In this document: positions 19,191-29,266 of the stretch, in pieces | Position numbering within the stretch: the first letter of the stretch is position 1 | How the letters are laid out: the number at the start of each line of letters is the position of its first letter | Source of the DNA: the human T2T-CHM13v2.0 reference genome, Homo sapiens | Assembly (NCBI RefSeq): GCF_009914755.1 | Contig: NC_060930.1 | Direction: 5' to 3' (one strand) | Length of the DNA stretch: 64,000 nucleotides | Notes under the pieces: generated by a model | What the model saw: the letters and a program-made list of their open reading frames with translations, nothing else | What the model was told of the DNA's origin: nothing | Databases searched by the model: none | Program-made: the position numbers and the translations under genes

Positions 19191-21019
19191 ATCATTACCA
19201 TAGTAGCAACAACAGTAGCAGCAACACCAGCAGCAATAGTAGCAGCAATAGCAACAGTAATAGTAGCAGCAACAGCAATAGCAACAGTAGCAGCATCGGC
19301 AACAAGAGCAACAATAGCAGCAGTAACAACAGCAACAGCAGCAGCAACAATAGGAGCAGCCGCAGCAACAGCAACAGTAGCAGCAGCAGCAACAACAGCA
19401 ACAATAACAAAAGCAACGATAGCAACAGTATCAGCAACAGCAACAGCAATAGCAACAGCAGCATCAGCAACAGCAATAGCATCACAATTAACAACAGCAA
19501 CATTAGCCACAGCAACAGCAACAGCAGCAGTAGCAACAGAAATAGCAGTAATAGCAGCAGCAGCAGTAGCAGCAATAATTACAACAATAGCAGCAATAGC
19601 AGCAACAACAGCAGTAAGAGCAGCAACAACAATAAAAGCAACAACAACAGCAATAGCAGCAGCAATCATAACAGCAATAGCAGCAGCAGCAACAACGGCA
19701 GTAACAATAGCAGTAATGACAACATCAGCAACAGTAGCAGCAACAACAGTGTCAGCAACAGTAGCAGCAGTGACAGCAATAGCAACAGCATCATAATCAA
19801 CAATGGCAATAACAACAGAAGCAGCAGCAACAACAAAAGCAACAATAGCAGCAATAGTAGCAGCAACCACAACAGTAACAGTAGCAGCAACATCAGCAGT
19901 AGTAACAACAGCAGTTGCAGTAGCAATAGTGGTAACAACAGCAGCAGCAGCCATAGTAGTAGCAATGACAACAGCATTAACAACAACAGCAACAATTTCA
20001 GCAACAGCAGCAGCAGCAACAGCAACAGCATCGTAGTCAACAACAGCAATAATAATAGAAACAGCAACATAGCAGTAGCAGCAACAACAGCAGCAGCAAC
20101 AGCAATGTCAGCAACAGGTAGCAGCAGCAACAATAACAAAAGCAACAACAGCAGCAATAGCAGCAACAACAACAAGAGGAGCAACAAAAGTAGCTGCAAC
20201 AATAACAAAAGCAACAGCAGCAACAACAGCAGCAGCAATAATTATAACAGCAGCAACAACAGCAACGTCAGAAAAAGCAGCAACAGCAATAGCAGAAGCA
20301 GCAACAGCAGCAGCAGCAAGAGCAGCAACAACGGTAGCTGTAACAATAACAAAAGTGAACAGCAACAGCAGCAAACAAAACAACACCCACAGCAAAAGCA
20401 TCAGCAACAGCAACAAAGCAGGAACAACAGTAGCTGCAACAATAACAAAAGCAACAACAGCAGCAACAGCAGTGACAAAAACAACAGCAATAGTAACAGC
20501 AGCAACAGTAACAGTAGCAGCAATAGCATCAGCCACAACACTAACAGCGGCAACAACAGTAACAGCAGCAGTAACAGTAACAGTAGTAGCAACAACAGCA
20601 GCAGCAATAACAATGGAAGCATCGGCAACAACAATAGCAAGAGCATCACAGTCAACAACAGCAACAGCAGCAACAATACCCACAGCAATAGCAACAGAAG
20701 CAATAACAGCAGCAGCAACAACAGCAGTACGAACACCAGCAGTAACAACAGCAGCAGCAACATCAGCAACAACAGCAGCAACAACAGTAGCAACAACAGT
20801 AGCAGCAGTAGGAACAGCAGCAATAATTATAACAGCAGCAGCAACAACAGTAACAACAGTAGAAATAAGTACAATAGCAATAACAACAGTAATAGCAACA
20901 GCAAAAACAATAGCAGCAGTAACAATAACAACAGCAATAGCAGCAACAACAGCAACAAGAAAAATGACAATAGCAGCAGCAACAACAGCAGCAGCAGCAA
21001 CAACATCAGCCACCGGTGA
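16103..21019 (+). other. 1638-codon Ser/Asn-rich ORF antisense to SLC22A2 (coding status unproven)
   Basis: ORF track plus manual reading: 125-codon unique leader followed by the array; splice-like signals at both ends. Confidence 0.3.
16478..21010. repeat. ~4.5-kb degenerate triplet array (AGC/AAC/AGT/AAT)n with higher-order units, in SLC22A2 intron 10
   Basis: Read directly: about 1500 triplets A-[A/G]-[C/T]; marker TTACCAT recurs at 17173, 17551, 18061, 18628 and 19195. Confidence 0.98.
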
Positions 21020-21109
21020 GTGACTACTAACTAAATACCAAGCACTGCGACGGGTGCTTCGTCGCACTGTCCCATTCATGAGCCCAACCCTCTGATGGTG
21101 AGACAAATT

Positions 21110-21290
21110 CATGGGCCACAAAATCTAGCTGCCAGGATTGAAACTTTGGCTTTGTCACTGATTGGCTGTGTGGTTTTGAGCAAGTCCTTTACTTTCTCTG
21201 GCCTGTTTTTTTTTTTTTCCAGTTGTCAGTGGGGTTAATAATAATAACGCCTATTTCATAGGGTTGCTGCAAGGATTCAATGAGGGAATA
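21110..21290 (+). mobile_element. MIR, split by Tigger1 (continues at ~23665-23720)
   Basis: MIR core text (GGCTGTGTGGTTTTGAGCAAGTC, CCTATTTCATAGGGTTGCTG). Confidence 0.7.
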
Positions 21291-23662
21291 CAGGCATACC
21301 TCAGAGATATTGGGGATTCACTTCCAGACTACCACAATAAAGTAAGTTTTACCATAAAGTGAATCATACATTTTTGTTGGTTTCCCAGTTCATATAAAAG
21401 TTACGGTTACACTATACTGTAGTCTATTAAATGTGCAATATTATGTCTGAGAAAACAATGTAATTTAAAAATACTTTATTTTTTAAAAATGCTAACAATC
21501 ATCTGAACCTTCAATTTGTGGTAATCTTGCTGGTGGAGGCTCTTGCCTCTATGTTGATGGCTGCTGACTGAGCAAGACAGTGGTTGCTGAAGGTTGAAGT
21601 GGCTGTTGAAACTTCTTAAAACAAGAATATGAAGTTTTCAATGTTGATTGACTCTTCTCTTCATGAAAGATTTCTCTATAGCATGCAATGCTATTTCATA
21701 GCATTTTACCCACAGTAGAGCTTCTTTAAAAATTGGAGTCAATCCTCTCAAACCCTGATGCTGTTTTGTTAACTAAGTTTATGTAATATTCTAAATCCTT
21801 TGTTGTCATTTCAACAATGTTCACAGGATCTCCACCAGGAGTAGATTCCATCTCAAGAAACCACTTTCTAAGCTCATCTGTAAGAAGCAACTCCTCATCT
21901 GTTCAAGTTTTATCACGAGGTTGAAGCAATTCAGTCACATCTTCGGGCTCTACTTCTAATTCTAGTTCTCTTGCTATTTCTATTGTATCTGCAGACACTT
22001 TTTATGCTGAAGTCTTGAGCTCTTCAAAGTTATCCATGAGGGCTGTAATCAACTTCTTCAAAACTCCCATTAACGTTCATATTTTGACCTCCTCTAATGA
22101 TCCACAAATGTTCTTAGTGGCATCTACAATGGTGAAAGCTTTCCAGAAGGTTTTTCAATGTACTTTGCCTAGAACAATCAGAGGAATTACCATCTACGGT
22201 AGCTATAGCCTTATAAAGTATATTTCTTAAATAATAATACTTGAATGTCAAAACTACTCCTTGATCCATGGGCTGCAGAATGGATGTTGTGTTAGCAGGC
22301 ATTAAAACAACATTAATCTTTAGGTACATCTCCATCAGAGCTCTTGGGTGACCAGGTGTATGTATTGTCAATGAGCAGTAATCTTTTGAAAGCAATCTTC
22401 TTTTCTAAGCAGTAGGTCTAAACGGCGGGCTTAAAATAGTCAATAAACCATGCTGTAAACAGATGTACTGTTATCTGTACACAGGCTTTGCTATTCCATG
22501 AGCACAAGCAGAGTAGATTTAGCATAATTCTTAGGGACCCTAGGGTTTTCATGGTAAATGAACACTGGCTTCACCTTCTAGTCACCAGCTGCATTCACCC
22601 TTCACAAGAGAGTCAACCTGTCCTTCGAGCTTTGAAACCAGACATTGATTTTTTCCTCGCTCTTCATGAAAGTCGTAAATGGCATCTTCTTCCAATAGAA
22701 GGCTGTTGTGTCTATATTGAAAATCTGTTGTTTAGTGTGATCACCTTTATCAGTGATCTTTGTTAGATCTGGATAACTTGCTGCAGCTTCTACATCAGCA
22801 CTTGCTGCTTCATTTTGCACTTTCAAGTTATGGAGATGGCTTCTTTCCTTAAGCCTTATGAACCAAACTTACTAACTTCGAATTTTTCTTCTGCTACTTC
22901 TTCACCTGTCTCAGCCTTCATATAATGGAAAAGAGTTAGGGCTTTGTTCTGGGTTAGGCTTTGGCTTAAGGGAATGTTGTGACCGGTTTGATCTTCTATC
23001 CAGACCACTCAAGCTTTCTCCATATCAGCAATAAGGCTGTTTCATTTCTCATTTGTAGCATTTTTATACTTCCTTCAAGAACTTTTCCTGTGCATTCTCA
23101 ACTTGGCTACCTGGTACAAGAGTCCTCACTTTCAGCTTATGCTGGCTTTCAACATGACTTCCTCATTGAGCTTAATCATTTCTGCCTTTTGCTTTACAGT
23201 TGAGACTTGCAACGCTTCCTTTCATTTAACACCTAGAGGGCATTGTAGAGCTATTAATTGACCTAATTTCAATATGGTTGTGTCTTGGGCAATAGGAAGG
23301 CCCAAGGAGAGGGAGAGAGATGGGGGAATGCTCAGTGTGTGGAACAGTTAGATCACACGCATTTATCAATTAAGTTTGCTGTTTTACACAGCCATGGTTT
23401 GTGGTGCCCTAAAACAATTACAATAGCAGTATCAAAGATCACTGATTGCAGATCACCATCACAGATATGATAATAATGGAAAAGTTTAAAATATTGTGAG
23501 AATTACCAAAACATGCCACAGTGACATGAAGTGAGCACCTGCTGTTGGAAAAATGCTGCAAATAAACTTGCTTAATGTAGGGTTGCTGTATACCTTCAAT
23601 CTGTTAAAAAACACAATATCTGCAAAGCACAATAAAATGAAGTGCAATAAAAGAAGGTGCAT
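21291..23662 (-). mobile_element. Near full-length Tigger1 (TcMar) with decayed transposase
   Basis: TA|CAGGCATACCTC terminus; transposase remnants 22602-22826 ([17 protein letters not shown]) and 22114-22395 ([15 protein letters not shown]). Confidence 0.92.
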
Positions 23663-25279
23663 GGGAAGGGCATGGAAAGCACTGGGTAGAGCTCTTAGTA
23701 AATGTTAGCTATTGTTATCCTCATTTTACAGAAAGGAAAACAGGCTTAAGAAGTGAGATAAGGTATTAGGTATAAGTTCACAGGTTATATTTGTAACTAG
23801 GACAGGTTTAGTGCCCTTAGGAACCATAACAATTTAATCAGGAACCAATCGACACTTAATTAGTGTCAGGCATATTTTCTTCTTTAATCCAGTGAGTAGG
23901 TACTGTTGTCCCCATTTACAGATGAGGAAACTGAGGCTTTGAGGCATTAAGGCAATAAAGCCACACACATGGGAAATGTGACGGCAGGGCTCAGGCTCTA
24001 CAGGACTTGCTCTTCACCACACATATTACTGCCTGCCTGGCACTGGCGCTGGCTAGAGAAAGAAACTTCAATTAGGCATGCTGTAGAAGGAACTTCAGCA
24101 TTTATTCCACAAATAATTGGTAAGCTCCTGCTCTGTGTATGCCACGCACTGTGCTGAGTTCCAGTGATACAGCAGTAAACAGGATTTAGACTGTCTTTGA
24201 CGGGAGGTGCCCATGTGTGTGGGAAGCTGCATGGGGAGAGGGGTACGGGGTGGGAGGTGGTTGGTTTAGATGAAAGGTCTCCAACTCAAATGTCTGCATG
24301 CACCAAGCAGATCATACAATGTACCAAAGACAATAGGAAACAGTGGGGACTGTGGCCTCCTGCAGAGGGCATGCCCTTGAGAAAGCCAAGCGATCATTCA
24401 GCTCCTACAAATTGCCAACAAGAGGAAATATCTTCTCAGTGTTACCAAATCTTCTGCTTTTTAAAAACAGATCCTGGAAATCCAGTTTATGTGGAATTTC
24501 CCACTTTAAAAAAATACTTTGTAGGCCAAAGAAAGCACTGGAGAACTTGGTGGCCTGCAGGCTGCGAGTGTGTGACCTCCGCTCGGATTCAAAGGCCTCT
24601 TCCAACTCTAAGACTCAAGTTCTAGGAAAAGCCTCAGACCACTGTGATTTACCAGCATTTTGCCCAAGTACTGAAAATGTTAAACATGAAGGTTTGGTAA
24701 AATGAATAAAAATCAGTTGTTTGTGGTATCAGCAGGCCAAAAGTGGAGTAAGAAGAAAATAAATAAAAATATCTAAACATACTGTATAAACAAACTTGTG
24801 GGGAGAGTGTCAGATAGGTTTGTCTTTATCTAGAATTTTTTAATGTACTGTTTGAATGGGTTCATATGGTCCAAAATTCAAAATTACAAAAAGGTAAGCA
24901 TTGAAGTCTCCCTTCTACCTGTATCTCACAGTCACTCAATTCCATAGACAACCAGTGTTACGGTTCTTGTATATTTTTCCAGAGCTACAAGTATTTATAT
25001 ATATGTCTTTCACTATTTTTACACAAATGATAGAATATATACATTTCTATGTTTTGCTTTTTCCCCCATTAGCAATATATCTTGGAGAACTTTCCTTGTC
25101 AGCGTATGTGAAATGGCCTCATTGTTTTTAATGGCTGTATAATTTTACAGAATGGCATATCATTTATTTAACTGGTGTTCTAATTCATGGTCATTTAGGT
25201 TGTTTCCAACACTTGTTATAAAAAATTGCCTTAATGACTAGTCCTGTACATATATCACTTTGTACACGTAAACTTCTAG

Positions 25280-25634
<355 letters not shown>

Positions 25635-26308
25635 ATGTTTGTAATTTTTATACTACTATTGCATTGTCCATTATAGAGGCATCTAATTCCTACCAGCAAC
25701 ACGGGAGACTACATTTCTCCCCATTCTTCCCCAACATAGTGTGTTACCAAGTAATTTTAGTTTTGACAATCCAAGTAGTTATTAGTGCAGTGTTAATTTG
25801 AACTTCTCTTACTATGAAGGAAGTTGAGCATATTTTCATATATTTAAGAGCTGTTTTTATTTCCTTTTCATTGAATTATTTGCTCAAATCTGTTATTTTT
25901 TTTTTTCTATTAGGTGGTCGCTTTTATGGAATTGTTAGGAAAATTAGCCCAATGTAGAGTAGTAAATATTTTCTTCAAGTTTATAATTTTATTTTTAGCT
26001 TATAGTAGTTGTTTAACGCAGAATATTTTATTTTTATGAAAGCAAACATATTGACCTTTCTTCTATGGATTCTGGATTTTTTGGGTCATATTTAGAAAGA
26101 CCTTCTCCACGTGAAAGTTTAAAGAAATTCTCGTATAATGTCTTTGTAATTTTACTAATTTTTTTGATGCTTTCAAGTCTTTGATTTAGTTTGAATTTAT
26201 CTCAGTGTATGGTGTGAAGTATAAAGTCAATTTAATTCTTTCCAAATGGCTATAGGGTTGTCTTAAAACCTTTATAGAACAATTCATTTAGAACTTTCAA
26301 CTGCCTAC

Positions 26309-26408
26309 CTTTGCATATTTTCGGCTTCCTCGATGGTCTCAGGCAAAGCTTTCCCTTTAGTTTCTGGAAGCAACAGCACCAGACCTCCAGCAACCAAGCC
26401 AAGCACGC
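26309..26408 (-). CDS. SLC22A2: SLC22A2 coding exon 10 (100 nt; [32 protein letters not shown])
   Basis: LPETKG motif; acceptor ttcag|GCG, donor AAG|GTAGGC. Confidence 0.97.
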
Positions 26409-27263
26409 CTGAAAGCCAAACAGATGAATATCACATTAAGAACTGAAAAACTCAAGGTCTATAATTAGAGTTTCCCTTATTTTTGTTTAAAACTTTTTTT
26501 TAGCATTTTTCTATACTTATTTACAGATTCCTTTGCCATCTCTGACTGCTGTATTTTCCATTATAAATATTATACCAGTTCCAAACTCCATTGAATTACT
26601 ATTCCTAATAGGGAAATGAAATACTTAACATTTTGAGTCAAGGTTATTCTAGGGTAGAGGACATTGCCACCATATTAAGATACTTTGGAGTTAGAAAATA
26701 ACTCTGCAAAAAATTAACTGTATGAAAAGGAGGACTGTAACCCTTCCAGTTTAAATCACTTAGTAAGGAAAATAAGTCAGAAACTTGGATCATTTCTAGC
26801 AAACAAAAGTAATGAATTATGTATCTATTACTATGTAAGAGCACTAAAAAGTATAGCCAGGATTTTAGTTAAAATTCAGGTGTTCATTAAATTCCCGTTA
26901 TTCCTTTTTTTCTTTGTCTCTAGCTATAATCTTTAATAATAAACACTTACATGTTTTTGTTTCTTTAGATTCTGATAAAAGTTTTGATCTTTTAAAGTTG
27001 TATTTATATGTGTTTCACAATAATAGAATACAGAAAATAGGATGTGGGTTCTTTACTAGTTTTGAGGTCTCAAAACACTGCATGCCAGTCTCTATTTTTA
27101 CACCCTCAGAAAATGGCTGAATTAGAAGCTGCAGGGCACAGATCCCAAGCTCTGAGGGCCTGGGCTCCAACTCTGGCCCCTTACATACTGGTCTCAAGGC
27201 CTTGGGAAGTTCTGTAATCTTTCTGATGCTCCAGACATTCCTATATAAATTGGGATAACATAC

Positions 27264-28337
27264 TGTCAAGTCAAGTTTAGCCTACAGCTGCCTCCTTACA
27301 TATTTTAAGTTTGGCCTAAAGGTTTCTCTATACATTGTGAACTATAATCTAGATGGAATGGTAAACACACTATAGCCTACTCTTGTGCCAATTAAAACCA
27401 CCTTTGCAAAATTATGACTGAGACAGTGAAAGAGATCTAACTTAATCGACTTCATCTTGCTTCTAACCTCCAAGCTGTCCTTGTCATTCTTGGGTATAGG
27501 CTGAACTAACTTTGGGAGAAACTTAGTTTATAGATTAAAACAAAGATGACCACAGCGAAAGGAGACCTCTTTGTTGCCTGGGGACTAGGTTGCCTTTGTA
27601 GGACTAACATTAGCCACAACATAAGAAATTATGGTTTAGGAGTCATGCAGTTGGAGTCTACAAGATTCTGACCCTTTCTAAACTGCTGCTAAAATCAGTG
27701 CTTGAGGCATTTTGCAGACCCTGCACTCAGTGGATCAGCTGACACCACCCAAATTGATAAACTGGCTTATCTGGTCTTGTGGCCCCCAGCAAGGACTGAC
27801 TCAGCGCAAGACAGCTTTGACTCCCTATGATTTCACCCCTGACCAATCAGCACTGCCGGCTCACTGGCTTCCCCCACCCACAAAGTTATGCTTAAAAACT
27901 TTGCTCCCCAAATGCTCAGGAGACTGATTTGAGTAATAATAAAACTCCAGTCTCCCACACAGCCGGCTCTGTGTGAATTACTCATTCTCTATTGCAATTC
28001 CCCTGTCTGGAGAAATTGACTGTCTAGGCAGCAGGCAAGGTGAACCCCTTGGGTGGTTACAAAATCACCAAGTTTTAGCCAGTCAAATGCGGCCAACTGT
28101 TCAAACCATGTTCAAATAAGGCAAACGCTAAGCTGTAACCAATCCCATTATTTGTGTACCTCACTTCCGATTTGTGTACGTGATTTTCTTTTTCTGTCCA
28201 TAAATCTTCTTTCACCCTGTGGTTGTGTTGGAATCTCGGAGCCTACTCTGGCTCAGGAGGCTGCCTGATTCTCGAATCATTCTTTGCTTAATTAAACTCT
28301 TAAAAAAATTTAATTCAGCAGAAGTTTTTCTTTAACA
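27264..28337 (+). mobile_element. MER57-like LTR interrupted by LTR8 (27393-28061)
   Basis: TG...CA ends with TSD ATAC (27260-27263 and 28338-28341); inner LTR (CCTTTGCAAAATTATGACTGAGACAGTG...GGTTACA) with TSD CAAT/AAAT. Confidence 0.8.
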
Positions 28338-28352
28338 ATACCACCTCACAAA

Positions 28353-29266
28353 TGTAAACTAAAAATAAAATTCGGAGATCCCCAACTGATTGAATTGAAC
28401 TGAAAAACTTCAAGGTTTTTCACCCCCACCCCTTCCCATTCAAGCCCTGATGGAAAGGGGTGGGGGTCAGACATATCTCATTATACCCTCTCCCTTTTGG
28501 AGTTCAAGCACAACTCACCAGTGTTAACATTAAAACATATCTTAAGACTGACACAACAGACTCTTTGTAGCAATAAGATAGCAAATTCCAGCCTGACCAT
28601 AGAATAATATCACATGACAGACAAAAAAAATTAAAATATTTTACCCCAAAATATATTTCTTTGCCCTATTTTGAAATGGCCTGGCAAAGCCATCTTTTGT
28701 GGAGAGAATTTGCATCTGTAAAGAATCTCTATTAACATAACTAGATCTTTCCCTTTCCAGACCCTCCCAATCCTGAAGAGATTAACTGAGAGTCTAGCAC
28801 CTTTTAAAGATCTGTATAGGAAACATTTGCCATTGATTTTCTCAAAGGGTACCACCTATGAGACTTCATCTACATAATAAGAGCCTTGGTTTCCATAACC
28901 ACTTATCTTAACTCAGGCACTCTTTTCTATTGATTCCGGACCTTCAGATAATAACTTAACTCTTTCAAGCAATTGCCAATCAGAAAATCTTTGAATCCAC
29001 CTATGACCTGGAAGCCCCTGCTTTGTGTTGTCTTGCTTTTCTGGACCAAACTAATGGATACCTCGCATGTATTGATGGATGGCTTTTGTCTGCTTAATAC
29101 GTATAAAACCAAGCTGTAATCCAACTACCTTGGACACATGTTCTCAGGACCTCTTGAGACTGTGCCTCAGGCAAGTCACTCATATTTGGTCAGAATGTGG
29201 TCACTCATATTTGGCTCAGAATAAACTCTTTAAATATTTTACAGAATTTAGCTTTTTTCCTCGACA
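28353..29266 (+). mobile_element. MER4-family solo LTR
   Basis: TGTAAACTAAAAATAAAATTC...TCGACA; homologous to the MER4 LTR at 6.5/13.1 kb. Confidence 0.8.

Noticed and set aside
16615-20823. Poly-Leu ORFs (minus strand) and Thr/Ala mucin-like ORFs (+ strand; 16653-19796, 20355-21023)
   Set aside because: Alternative frames of the same array. They are broken by stops and lack a unique open leader; the Thr/Ala frame is closed by TGA at 16455 and has no good acceptor.
16478-21010. Possible DSPP-like pseudogene, CRISPR-like array or pathogenic pure CAG expansion
   Set aside because: Almost no Asp (GAC) codons and no DSPP unique sequence recognised; no repeat-spacer architecture; pure AGC runs are only about 8 units.
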